DNA of 63,672 nucleotides from Octopus bimaculoides. Lineage: Eukaryota. Made by a program: the position numbers and the translations under genes. A model generated the notes under the pieces. That model saw only the letters and a program-made list of their open reading frames with translations, was not told the origin of the DNA and made no database searches. Position 1 is the stretch's first letter; every line of letters starts with the position of its first letter. Where the stretch lies: contig NC_068999.1 in the NCBI RefSeq assembly GCF_001194135.2, positions 20,887,571-20,951,242 on the forward strand, given 5' to 3'. Of the stretch, positions 13,226-27,120 are shown piece by piece.

Positions 13226-13544
13226 TCATTATATCGGCTATGAAAGCCGTACACAGATTGAGTAGCTGTGGGCTGGACAAAGACATTAATGAGATGAGAT
13301 CAAGGATGAACAGGATGATATCAATGAGAGAAGGCAGAAGACGCCCGCTGGTCTCTGCTTCTCTAAAACATTGTTCTTTTATAAAACAATTTCTTATTGG
13401 ACTCAGGGTACTTAAAACAAGGCACTAACCATCTTATTACAAATATATGCGACAACAACCCTCTTACAACTGTTCATTGATATAAAAAGGAGGCATTACG
13501 CCTCTTAATTTGTTTAAACAGAATAAGGTTTCAAGCCCCTGATG

Positions 13545-14400
13545 CTTTTCAAACTCTTATCCATATTGCTCCCCAGTATCGCTTGTGACCACATCTTCCG
13601 CCATCTTCCGCCATCGTCCGCCATCGCCCACGTCTCCTTTAAGCACAAACCGGGTGACGTGTTGGTGTCGCCCGGCTACAAGCGGTATTCCTCATTAAGC
13701 CCCTCCAGCCTACGCAACACGGACAACGTTATGACCTCAACAGCTATGTGCGGAGGCCATTCAGGGTCACATGTACAGGTCAAGGTTTCTCCCTTCTAGT
13801 GCTTTTCCAACACCCCCTCCATCTCTCTGCCTCTGTAGAAAAAGATCAACAATTCTTCGTCCTCCGGGGTTGAGGTAGCCATTTCCCACCGACGGGCCTT
13901 CCTCCGTCGGTGGCACAATTCCTACCGATTGACCTTTGGGACATGCAGACGGTATATCATCGTCCACCTGCAATGACCCGTTCTTCTTTTTATTTTCCTT
14001 TTCTTTCTGATTTTGAGAGAGTGGAGCTCGTACGCTTTGTTCAGAGTCTCTCCCCCCACCTCACGAAGCCCTAGGGTCCTTCGGCGGGTAACTATTGTTG
14101 CCCTCTTTCTTCCTTTGTAATCCTTTTTGGGTTGAGGAGGCTGAAGCAGTTTTCTTATGTGACCTGGCTCCAGGCACGAGTCACACTTGGGGGGGGGGTC
14201 GCTCAAGTAACCCTGGAAACCTGCAGCCAGCCAGTTTTAAAAAATCTGGAAAAACAAGATCTGTTGCGGCCAATGGGTCAACAGGGTCAAAGTCGCTTTT
14301 GATCGTACCCAATCGACCGCCAGCGACACCCTTACATTTAAGAGCCTGGGAACTTTTTGCGAACGGTGTGAAAAAAGGGCGAACAAATCTAAGAAAAGAG
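13545..14400 (-). mobile_element. Tx1-like LINE, ORF1 (gag-like zinc knuckle) and ORF1/ORF2 junction remnant
   Basis: Minus-strand RPPKCDSCLEPGHIRK (degenerate CX2CX4HX4C) followed by a basic low-complexity stretch; locally GC-rich. The downstream part only weakly resembles an APE start. Confidence 0.6.
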
Positions 14401-14998
14401 ATATCAAATTCTAGAGAAGGTTATGCTATTTTTCTGTATGTATTATATTCTCAATTAATCTATCCTCAAATATTAACAACTGCTCAAGTCACCACACATT
14501 GCTATGTTGGTAAATCCCATAGAAAGTTTTTCATTAACTTAATCTGCCTTATCTAATTATGAAGCGTGTCGGTATTATATTATATATCATCATGTTGTAG
14601 TGACCAAATGTTCTTTCACTCGGTAGTTCTCAGATGAATCAAATATTATCCTCCTTTTAGTGTTTTTTATTTAATGAACGCACAACACAAAAATTATTTT
14701 GTCTATCATCGACTATTCATTTACTGCATCATGTAATTACAAGCACAACGAGCCTTCTTAGTAATAAATGCATGTAATAGATGCATGTAACGATACATCA
14801 TTATTCATACAGATCCCGATGGGGCACAATTTTGGTTCTAGGAATGCAATCTTAACTGGATCTATGAACTATTGTTTTGAAATACAATTGGCTACGAATG
14901 TATGCCTTTATATAACCAGACTCCTAATTTCCCATCTATCCTGATATAATGAAGTTCCTCAGAAATATTCACATGACCACCTTACCGAATACCATCAA

Positions 14999-15040
<42 letters not shown>

Positions 15041-15624
15041 ACAGCCATAATTGAGTGGATGATCAGATGTTTCCATACCCAGACATAATGCGGAAAGGCT
15101 GTACGCAGCAGCTCCTTCCCGAAGGAAGCTATAAAGACTGATATTTTTAAAAATCACTTTCTTCGAAACTGTTCAGTTTTGCACAGACTATTCATTCCAT
15201 GAGTCTTAACTATTTTACCGCACCTTATTATTTTCCTGGCAAAGTAATGGTGCAATCTGGGTTGCATTTAGATGCATATTGCGTTAATGCCACTTCAGAA
15301 TTAGAAGCAGTATTTCTATTATCAGCTGCATTTCTCATTTATATAGTTAACTATATATCGCTGACACTCGGAAGATGCATGTCCATACATTTAGTTTCGA
15401 TACATATTTATCTATTTATCAATTTTAGCCAAAAGATCAGGCAGTATATATATGCACATTGATACCACCATCTCCTTTACATTTCTACACTATGCAATTT
15501 AATATACATCATGTTTTATATTTACATGAGTTTATAAACTATCCTACCGAATTAACTCATATCTCAAAATGCCCTCCTATTTACTTACGCATTTGTTCTA
15601 TATTTTTAGTCTTTTTTTTTCCTT

Positions 15625-15800
15625 CCCTAAGCCATTTGACTGCTGCCACGCTGGGGCACCGCATCGAAAGTTTTAAGACTTACTTTGTTAATCTTAGTAC
15701 TCATCCTCTTTTTCCGAAACACTAGATTACGGGAGCGTAAACAACCTGACACCGGTTGTGAAACGGTTGTGTCGGGACAAACATAGATACAAAGATAAAT
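15625..15800 (-). mobile_element. OR1-like SINE 3' half (variant)
   Basis: CATTTGACTGCTGCCACGCTGGGGCACCGC..CTTTTTCCGAAACACTAGATTACGGGAGCGTAAAC..GGGACAAAC. Confidence 0.75.
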
Positions 15801-15859
15801 AGATATATAGATATATACATAGACACATATATACACATACATACACACAAACACACACT

Positions 15860-15920
<61 letters not shown>

Positions 15921-16399
15921 ATATATAGAATAAGAGGGGCTTATTTCAATGGTGATCTAAACGAATATGTACGCTACGTAAGTGCTATAATTGGTCATCT
16001 GTTGGTTTCCAAGCCCACTGTTGAGGTTGGAGCTGGGGATCCATAGTCGGCGTCCGAGTCAACAGATGTATATTAAAGGAAGAGGAAAACAAAACGAAGG
16101 CAAGACGAGTATCTCAGGTCATTTAGGATATTTAATTAGCGTAAGGTGAATCAAAAATGGAGAATTAATTAATGCCTTACAGCTTTTTCTGAGTTATCCC
16201 AGGTAATGGGTCAACACCTCCATGCACTAGATATTCCGTCATCAAAGACAAGGTGTGTATGCAGGGAAATTCCAAACAGAGAATTCACAGTATATAAAAG
16301 AATAAAACAGTAGATAGAAGAGTAAAGACAGAAAAATAAAGTCCCCATGCCCCTTACTCACCCGTATAACACCCGCCCGAGACTCAAACTGATAAACAA

Positions 16400-16600
16400 T
16401 GCTGAGTCCCGGGGTTTTTCTCGAACAGAAAATATAGATTACACTTCCTTTATTTTGCCTGATACTCATCGTATCCACCTCTTTTACCGAAATACTAGAT
16501 TACGGGAGCGTAAACGACCCGTCATTGGTTGTGAATTGATGGTCAGGGGACAAACACAGACACAAATACACAGATACATAGATATATACATACACACACG
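16400..16600 (-). mobile_element. OR1-like SINE 3' half (variant)
   Basis: CTTTTACCGAAATACTAGATTACGGGAGCGTAAAC..GGGGACAAACACAGACAC; shares the diagnostic TAGATTACGGGAGCGTAAAC with the 15.7-kb copy. Confidence 0.65.
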
Positions 16601-17034
16601 CATACATACACAGATACACACACACATATATAATAAAAGTCGGGGAGGCTCGATTTTATGTTTTACACACTATTCGCTTTAAACGTTAAATGTTCAACGA
16701 AAGCCTTTTTTTTACAATTGTAGATTCTAACTTCCCAGGTCACCATAAATACCATTCGATCTTCAATAGATCTACTCTGAAATTATCCTACTCTTCTCAG
16801 TCCAGTATAGAATTTATTGTTGCCTTTTCTAATAGACGTAAACTTAATTCATACTACCTAAATAACACCTATAGGCAGAACTGTCAAATTATGTATAATC
16901 TTAACATAGGTCCATGCAGCGACAATACTAGCACCAACCATGATAGCAAATACTACACGGCTACCAGTACTACTATAAATAGCATACGGAAATCCTCACT
17001 TCCGATGCTGGTCGAGGAACGGCTGATATAAATG

Positions 17035-17224
17035 TTACTACTACTACTACTACTACTACTAATACTAATACTACTACTACTACTACTAATACTAATACTA
17101 ATACTGCTGCTGCTGCTGCTAATAATAATAATAGCAAAAGCAACAACAATAAAGATAATAATAGTAACTATGGCAATGATAATAATACCAGTAATAAGGA
17201 TAAAAATGATGATGAGGAGGAGGA
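17035..17224. repeat. Compound (CTA)n/(ATA)n/(CTG)n trinucleotide array running into a gap
   Basis: Direct reading. Confidence 0.93.
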
Positions 17225-17730
17225 NNNNNNNNNNNNNNNNNNNNNNNNNNNNNNNNNNNNNNNNNNNNNNNNNNNNNNNNNNNNNNNNNNNNNNNNNNNN
17301 NNNNNNNNNNNNNNNNNNNNNNNNNNNNNNNNNNNNNNNNNNNNNNNNNNNNNNNNNNNNNNNNNNNNNNNNNNNNNNNNNNNNNNNNNNNNNNNNNNNN
17401 NNNNNNNNNNNNNNNNNNNNNNNNNNNNNNNNNNNNNNNNNNNNNNNNNNNNNNNNNNNNNNNNNNNNNNNNNNNNNNNNNNNNNNNNNNNNNNNNNNNN
17501 NNNNNNNNNNNNNNNNNNNNNNNNNNNNNNNNNNNNNNNNNNNNNNNNNNNNNNNNNNNNNNNNNNNNNNNNNNNNNNNNNNNNNNNNNNNNNNNNNNNN
17601 NNNNNNNNNNNNNNNNNNNNNNNNNNNNNNNNNNNNNNNNNNNNNNNNNNNNNNNNNNNNNNNNNNNNNNNNNNNNNNNNNNNNNNNNNNNNNNNNNNNN
17701 NNNNNNNNNNNNNNNNNNNNNNNNNNNNNN

Positions 17731-19030
17731 CTGCTTATAATACAAAGAAGCAAAGTAGTGTCTTCTGGTGAGGTAGAGCGACCCAAAGGCGAGAAAATGA
17801 AAGATATTGAAGCTAATGAATATAAACATTTGGGGATTTTAGAATACGACAATGTCAAGGAAAGTGAAATGAAAAGAAGCTTTTGGAGAGAGAATACCTC
17901 AGAAGAACCAAGGTTAATTATAGAAATTAGACTCAATGGAAAAAACAAAATCATGACAATGAACACATGGGCTGTTTCCTTAATGAGATACGGCGCAGGT
18001 GTTGTTAGGTGGACAAAGAACGAGCTTGAGGAAATGGACAGGAAAACTATAAAAGTGATGATAATTATCAAGGAATTCACCCCAAAAGCAATATTGGCTG
18101 ATTATTTATGTGCCTGAAAACAGGGATGGAAGAGGCCTCATAAGGTGCAAGATCTGTGTTGTCAACGAGAAGAACAGTTTGGGATGGTATATCAAATAGC
18201 AGAGTGAATCCTTGCTAGCCGTTGTTAGAATTAACAACGTAATATCTACCAAAAATGCAATGCACCCACCCATTTAAGAAACAAGATGAAAAGGAAAGAG
18301 TAAACATCTGGAAAATGAAACCACTACATGGGCAATACCTCAGAGAAATCGAAGGAAAAGACAAGATCAACACTTGGAAATGACTAAGAAAAATTATCTG
18401 AAAGGATGCACTGGGGCATTGATATGCAGCGCCCAGGAACAAGCTCTGAGAACTAATTACACCAAGTTCCAAATAGATGCGAGTAGCGAATCGACCCTTT
18501 GTGGGATTGTGTATGGCAGCAGAAACGAATCAATCTCAGATATTGTGAGTGGGTGCAGCAAGCTGGCCGAAATGCACTACAAAATGAGGCACGGTAACGT
18601 GGCTAAGTTCGTCCACTGGAAGCTATGTAAAAAGTACAGCCTGAACAGAGCATGGAAATGGTACGAATATGAACCAGACGTTGTCACCGAGAACAAGGAA
18701 TATAAGAGACTGTGGGGTTTTACAATTCAATGTGAAACCCTAATCGAAGCTCGGAGACTAGATAATGTTGCGATACCTGGAGGTGCACGCATAAGTGACA
18801 AAGAACCAGAAAAGATTGAAAAGTACAGACTACGAAAAGACGAAATTGCAAGAATGTGAACTATGAGGAGAGTGTCTGTCATCCCAGAAATTGTAGGGGC
18901 ATTCGGAGCTCTGCGAAACAAGTTCGAGAAATATCTCAAAGAAATCGGAATTGCCATGGGAGCAGAGCAAGCACAAAAGACTGTTCTGTTGGAGACAGCT
19001 AGGATTTTGAGACTAGTACTTGGATGTTGA
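17731..19030 (+). mobile_element. R4/Dong-like RLE-type non-LTR retrotransposon, degraded 3' ~1.3 kb
   Basis: YKHLGILEYDNVKESEMK..LNGKNKIMTMNTWAVSLMRYGAGVVRWTKNELEEMDRKT (post-RT region); zinc-knuckle-like LCG..ESISDIVSGCSKLA..YKMRHGNVAKFVHWKLC; RLE remnant; C-terminal AQKTVLLETARILRLVLGC*. Several stops and frameshifts. Confidence 0.88.
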
Positions 19031-19139
19031 ATGTCTCCCACGATAATTAACAACCAAGTATAATGTTATATTGTGCGGAAAGAGACCAGAAAAAACAAAA
19101 TCGAACTTTCTGAGAAGTAAAACTGTAATACAGATAATA

Positions 19140-19660
19140 TGAGTCAACCCCCGAACATTACCCTAGGGTTTAACTTGCCTATATATATGAAGGCATCATT
19201 CCTAACAACAGCTAACCTACGTAGGAAAGATAGATCCAGCTGCAACTACCGGTCTGGGGCCGAACGCCCGCTACAAGCCCATTCCATATTTAATGCTGTG
19301 TATAAATGCACTGTCTACAAAACACTGTACAATTCAACTAGCCATTACCTCTAGCTACAATTAATTTTAAGCAGAGATATTCCGCACATCTGAATTCATT
19401 TAGATATGAGGAGCATAGCAAATTTACGCCGTTAACCAACCACATACACCATCTGATAAGTAAGAAAATGCCATATAAGATAACCTGTGTTATAATAGAT
19501 TCTGGTGTCCCATACCGATGCCAGCACTCTGCATGTGGATTCTGCTTTAAGGAAGCCCTCCAGATATTAATTCATGATTCACTCCAATTACATAATAGAC
19601 AGCGCGATGCATTCTTCTTGCAAACATAAGTTCTATCATACATTTAGGTTCTTCCACAGG
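19140..19660 (+). mobile_element. Penelope-like element, GIY-YIG endonuclease region
   Basis: SSCNYRSGAERPL..NAVYKCTVY then (frameshift) NFKQRYSAHLNSFRYEEHSKFTPLTNHIHHLISKKMPYKITCVIIDSGVPYRCQHSACGFCFKEALQIL, then (frameshift) SCKHKF; matches the PLE GIY-YIG C-terminal pattern. Confidence 0.82.
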
Positions 19661-21341
19661 TCCAAATACAAGTAAAATCAACACGCATGACACTTGCCTC
19701 TCTACATTCACAGTTGTAGCAATATATACACGTATTTCTTTCATCTGTCAATACTTATTATCACATCATCACTATCTTCGAAGTCCGCTAGCTGCAATAG
19801 TCATTTTAATTGTTATTTTCTCATTGTTAATTTTTATTTCTAACTTTTAATTTTAGATATATTCCCTTAAGTTAGGCATCTATTTCTAGCATTTTAGGTC
19901 GCTTCTGCCGACCGCTGAATTAAAGTTGAATATTCTTCCTGACCAAGCTGAACCTAAAGTTCATCTTTCTATTTAATTACCTTTTAATAGCCACAAATTC
20001 CTTCCTCCTCCAATTCACCAAAACCTTGACCACTGACCTCTCATCCCGAACCTATTCTGACCAAGAATAATACCGGCCTCTTACCTTTTATTTTTATTTT
20101 TATTTTTATTTTACTTTCGCTCTCATGCTTTTTATGTCCCTTACTTACTCTCTTCCTTTCATTTCTCGCTTCTCTTCACTTACTTCTACTTCTCCGGACA
20201 ATGTGTATGGGAAGCAAGTTTCTTATCACACAACCATACTTATACAGGTAATATCTAAGATTTCAGCTCAGTATAAACGAGTTTTACAATTATTCTAATA
20301 TTTTTGTATTAAGTGTTTTAATTATAATTCTCGTTGTGTGTTTTGTAGTAGTGGGTCTATTATCTCTCCACTATTAGATTCTTTAGATTTTCCTATATAA
20401 AATACATTTCTTCATTTAAGCTAGTTGCTGTAAATCAAGATTGTTTATTCTTTAGAATTTGAAATACTCCAGAGTTTTAAGGTGGTAATTCCAGTGTACT
20501 AGTAATTCCAGTGTTCTCATTAGCAGCCAAAAAAAAAGCCATACAGAACTTATAATTTTGCTTTATACGCAGATATATCAGATTGCAGTGTTAATCTATT
20601 AGTTGTCACAAATGGTGTACTTATGGAAAAGTAATATATGTAATCTCCTAAATCTTTCTTTGTAGCGACATAAGTCTATACAATTATAGTAGAAACTGAA
20701 CTTCAGCACACACACACACACACACACACACTCACAACTACACAAATACACATATACGCACATAGTATACTTATTTAGAAAGTTAATCTTTTCACATAAT
20801 TTTATCTGACACATTGACTTCTTTAGAATAGAAATATTACGAAACTCAGTAATTTACTAAGCTCCCCTGAACTACGCTAGAGGATTGCGTTTCTTTTCGT
20901 GACTATGTAATGGCCCATATCCAATAAATGTTTTCATTACTTTGACTATTTACATTTCTTTTCTCCATAATCTTTCATTTCAACTCCCGTCCACTGTTTA
21001 AGCTATCACTTCATAATCATTTAGTTGACTACATCCAATAAAATGAAATTCCTTTCATCAAGTGTTTTCTGCTTTTTTTTTTTTTTCTAACAAATTAAAA
21101 CTCCACCACACACACCTTGTTTTTATGAGGTTTTACTCACTATATAAAAAGGAAACTGGAAGGCAAAAGTTTCTTTACTGGTTGAACAAACCGGTGGGCG
21201 AAACTGGAAGTCCTAATTAATTTGATTTTCACAATAAATTTTACTCTACTCTCTTCATCATCTCACATTCCAGTCATTATTCTTAAACATACTTTAAAAA
21301 TAACCTTATTTTAGCATTTATATTTAGCATTTATGTGTACT

Positions 21342-21402
<61 letters not shown>

Positions 21403-23577
21403 TGGTTATATATGTGTGTGCACGTTTGTGTGCAAGTTTGTGTGCACGTGTGTGTGCATGTATCTATGCGTAACTATAAGAGACATGGTTCCAGAGTTGG
21501 ATAGATGTATGTGTACATGTAAGTTTAAATGTGTATGCGAAGGAAGCATGGCTTCTGTATGTACATATTAGTAGTGAGTGCATCTAACTGAAAACTAACA
21601 TCAGTTTCACTGCCAGTAAGCACTAAAGGCTTTCTTAGAGTATTATATAATGGTTCAGGAATATAATTTCTAATGTGCAGACATGTACAAATTCGTGACT
21701 ATATAATTTATTAGTAGGTCTATTACAACTTAATGGAGTGTAACTCACAGCTGTAAATCAGCTGAATAATTTGTGAAGGCAGATCAGTAGTTTGCGTATC
21801 TATATTTCACGAGATTAGAGGAGTCACATAACATTCGCCATTAAAAAATTATCCCCGCTTAATCTGATACGCTTACGAACAATTTGTATGTAACATGTCA
21901 ATTTATTGCTTTCACATAGCTAGAAAATTAATAATTCCTTTATTAATTTACTACTCCGTTATATGTATACTCTATAGTGATAGCTTAACCATGTCAAGCA
22001 ATTAATTTCATGCAATTATTTCATATTGTTCAGTCAATCTAGGACAGTCTAACTGTTGCTCTCCATCTCACTTGATACTCGAGTAGGTTTTATGTGAATA
22101 TTATGAAGCATGCAAAAGGGCAGGATATAATTTCGCTCAGGCTTCACTGTCTGCTAAATATGGCATCACAGCAAAATCGTCTTCAGTAGAAGTGAGAAGT
22201 AATATGATTGGTGAATGGAGATTTTGCTGAATATCAGTTCAATATAGACACATATCTATAATAAATATGTATTTTTGCTTTCTTTGAGTGTCATAAGTAG
22301 CAAACAGCTCAGCAACCAGATTTGTATTGAAAACAATGCCATCCCGTTTTAAACACAATCCAACGTTTGCTCCTTCAAGAAATATTTTTCGGCTAAATCC
22401 TTTCTAAAAATACTTTTTCAGAAAATGGCCAAATGGCTATCACAATATTACAGACAAATGACTTTCAGAGGAAATGTTCTTGCCCGTACTCCTAACCTGT
22501 GCGTAGATAGGATCAGCAACAACAATCGACTAGTAGGTCTTTGATGTTGGGCAGTAGCTTCTCCTGTTGAAAATATCATACCAAGCAGAAACAGTAACAA
22601 CAGCAACTAGAAATTTTTTTTAAAATAGCAATGACAAAATAACACCAGCACTAGCATCAACATAAAATGTAACACTGGTAACAGTAGTAACTAAACCACC
22701 ACCAACAGCACAAGCAGCAGCAGCTGCTGCAGCGATAGCGGCCACAACAATGACGTCGGCAACAGTAGCTGCAAGTGTAACAGAAGCAACAACAGCAGTT
22801 GTTTTCACTACCCCCACCAACAAAATAAACATGGACGGCTTCAACATAAACGAAGAAAACGGCAGGAATGAGGACAAATGCATAAAAAAACATCCTTCAC
22901 TCATGTCATCCCGAATAAAACGGTTGCATTATTATTTAAAACGTGTAAGAAATATAGCGTTCGCCTGGAATTGATGTCGATCCCAGATGAAGCTTTGTTC
23001 ATCATTTTTTATAGGTCTCTCAATAGTACAGGCAGAAGAATAAATTTCTCACCTGCAAAAGAAATCGAGAAATGGCTGGAAGTGCCGTGACCTTCCGTAA
23101 TTCATAATCAGAGGAAAGTATCATGAATCGTGGTAGCTATCTGCAAAACAGAATAGGGAGTTTCTAATATGGATTTGATATCCATGTACATCTGATGCTG
23201 TGCTGCGAATTTCTTATTCACCAACGTACCCATCTCGTTCAAAAAGGTCCCTGGATAAGGATTGTTTAAGGATATTGAACGAAACACCCATGTTTCCAGA
23301 GGTGAATTATCCAAACCCCAAAGAATTCCTCTTAACACATGGCTATAATGCCACCCCACTACTTCTGCTCATGATCAGAGATGCACATATCGTCAGGCAC
23401 TAAGATCAAACAACTGACAAGCAAATCTGTGGTACTGACCATAATATTTGCGGTAACCCATGTTTTATACCAAGAGAAAACAAGGTACATGTTAACACTT
23501 CCAATCAGTTAATATCAGAATCCACGAAAGCCACTGCTTGCTACAGCATCAGGGCATTTATTATTATTATTATTTTT

Positions 23578-23611
<34 letters not shown>

Positions 23612-23692
23612 ATATTATTATTATCATCATCATCATCTTCATCATAGCGATTTATTACTATTACCACTTTCATTGCAATCATCTTTGTTATC

Positions 23693-23732
<40 letters not shown>

Positions 23733-24473
23733 CCATCATCATCATTTTTATCATTATTTTTGTTGAAAAGGCATTAGTAATTTTTCAATATTTCCTAGAA
23801 GACGTAAAATAGGATTACACAAGTATGAAGAAAACAATCCTTATCTTCAAAAAATGGTTTTGATTTTCAAAGGAACTTCGAAGTATTTTCTGTTAGCTGT
23901 TTTTATCTTCACGATTAATCTCGGTGATAAATACTTTTCTCAGCAGAAAACCAATTCCTTAGTGGTAAGAACTGGAGGACTACAGTGATATAAGAATGAA
24001 ATTGTCGACGTGCTTTTCCAGTTCATCACGTTATGGAGATAGATAAATAAAAGAAAAATAAATGGAATTATATTTTAGAAGTCATTAAAAACAGCTTTGG
24101 TATTTTTATGAATAGGTGTGTTCCATAATACGACTAATCCTAATGGATATTGGTTGGTGCCGATATATTCATATTCGAGTTTACTTTACCATTCTAATAG
24201 AACAGGTTTTATTTCCTACGTAATCAAAAATATTCTTCACAACCATTTCATCTCCTGCAAAGAAATCCAGGAGAATAGATTACCCATGCTATTAGAAGGA
24301 ATATGAAAGAAGATATAAGTGTGTGCGTGTGTGTACGTGTGTATGTGTGTGTATGGCTATATATATGTACTTATATTTATATGTGTGCGTATACATACAT
24401 AAATATATAAATGTATATACACATACATAAAGATATATATATACATATATACATATATAACTATACATATACA

Positions 24474-24513
<40 letters not shown>

Positions 24514-24657
24514 GAGAGAGAGATTGATAGATACATACATACATACATACATACATACACATATATATATGTATGTATGTACACATAATAGTGATTGATA
24601 GATTCACTTTTATATATATGTATATGCACAGATATATGTAAAGTTATATATATATAT

Positions 24658-24700
<43 letters not shown>

Positions 24701-25799
24701 CACTCAAGTGTGTGCTTTCAAATGCATGTATGTAAATGCTTTTGTGTACGTGTGTATGTGTGCGCGTGTTTGTGCGCATGTTATTTGGTACGTTTTTCTC
24801 CAGCATCTAATATGCTACCGAAACAAGTAAGAAAGAATATATATTTAAGATCTACGTTGAACCAACAAGATCAATCGTTGATTGATATTCTCCTTAGATC
24901 TATTGGAAACGTTACTACATTGGTAATTCTTTTGTACCAATAAGGTCAATATAACCCTAGAATTTTTTTTTTATTGTCTATTGGAAATAGCATAAATCTT
25001 TGAACATCAACAAATACTGCGAGATGTAGTGGTGAGTAATTCTAATGATTTCGTTATACATAAATTTGCATATATCATTTGTCTTGAAATAAACTCAAAG
25101 CGGAGGACTAGTGTTCCGTAGTGTTCCAAGTCGAGGCTAAATAATTTATCATTAAATGTTAAGTGTACTTGTGTCACCAAACAATGGCAGGACCCAACGA
25201 ATAGCGGTTGCGAAACGGTTAGCTAATAACAGTAAATTGTGCATACTAATCTCTCTGTATGCCGTAAGAAGATGTAAATATTTGGCTCTAGAACAACTTT
25301 GTTTTCTCTCATTGACGAACATCTACTCTTAAAAGTTCAGTGTTCACGTCTCACTACCACATACGAATTTTACTAAACGATTTTTTGCCAACACACACCA
25401 CATTTAGTTTACTTGCTTCATTTTAATTTCCTGTGTTTATTCATTGTTAATAACAGAAGTCTAGTTGTCATTACACTTCAGAGTATTTTCTCTTTGTTAT
25501 ACCTGTTATGCTCGACTGTATATAAAGGATATTTCACAAATAAGTACCAAGTGACAAATTTATTGGCGAATCTATGTTGACCAAAGATAACAGAAACGTG
25601 AGTTCTAACGGTTGAGCTATTCATGAGTTCTATTTTTCCCCGTTCGGAACTCAGTATTTATTTTGTATGCCTTTCGTACTTTCATTATACTCACCACTAA
25701 ATTACCAGCTATTGAACGTGTACATATCTGCAAGCCGCTTCCCATTATTATCATATTTGTCATCATCATTGCAAACTACAACTTATCCCTTCACTACTA

Positions 25800-25950
25800 C
25801 TGGTTTCAGATTTTAGCACAAAGCCAGCAATTTCAGGGGTTAGTCGATTACATTGACCCCACTGCTCAACTGTTATTTATTTTATCGAACTCCCAAGGGA
25901 CGAAAGGCAAAGTCGACCTCAGCGGAATTTCAGCTCAGGAATAAAGATGG
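25800..25950 (-). mobile_element. tRNA-head SINE family 2, body and tail
   Basis: AAAGCCAGCAATTTCAGGGGTTAGTCGATTACATTGACCCC..TTATTTTATCGAAC..GAAAGGCAAAGTCGACCTCAGCGGAATTT. Confidence 0.85.
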
Positions 25951-26599
25951 ACAAAAAACCGAGTTACATATCTGGTAAGAAACACGTCTCTCTTGAGACA
26001 AAGCTATAAATTTATATTTTTATTCATATTTTCCCATCATCATCATCATCAACAACACCACCACTTAGTTTTTATTTCTTTCTTAATATTTCTATATTCA
26101 TTTACTTTCTCATTTTTAACAGCTGTGTTAGTATATTTTACCTTACAAACAGCGATAAATTCAAGGCCACTGACGTCACTCAGCTGTCTCTTGCGTATTT
26201 ATATAACAAGTTAAAGGTTGTTAAGTAACCCTGACCTTCTTTACGTTGGACCCACAGTTTTGATAATTATGTTCACACCTAGTGGGTATTTTATAGCGAT
26301 TTCGTTTCCTTTTTTTTTCCATTTTTATTATTTTTACTTTCTAATTGAAATTAGAAAACTGACTTTGAGAATTAGATTTTCTTGTAACAGCTATCAGGCA
26401 AATGTAGAATTAGATATAGCTTCATTTCAAAGATGATCATTGTAAAAAAGAAGAAAAAAGGAACTGATTAGTTTATGTTTCTCTTAATTTTATGTTTTCG
26501 AAATGAATAATGATTCTTAATATTCAGCTTAATGGGTATTTCTATTGTGCTTGGGTAGATATATGGATGGGGGGAAGGATGAAAATATGGATAGATGCA

Positions 26600-27120
<521 letters not shown>

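Noticed and set aside
19504-19593. Apparent C2H2 zinc finger (SGVPYRCQHSACGFCFKEALQILIHDSLQLH)
   Set aside because: The upstream in-frame sequence (NFKQRYSAHLNSF..YKIT) and the frameshifted SCKHKF show it is the PY..C.LC..E motif of a Penelope GIY-YIG domain.
22620-22974. Ala/Val/Thr-rich ORFs on both strands
   Set aside because: Derived from a degenerate (CAA/CAG) trinucleotide tract.
23108-23403. Overlapping 83-aa (-) and 67-aa (+) ORFs, the latter with RSKR
   Set aside because: No recognisable family; in-frame stops block plausible splice acceptors; neither has a canonical ATG start at its listed 5' end.
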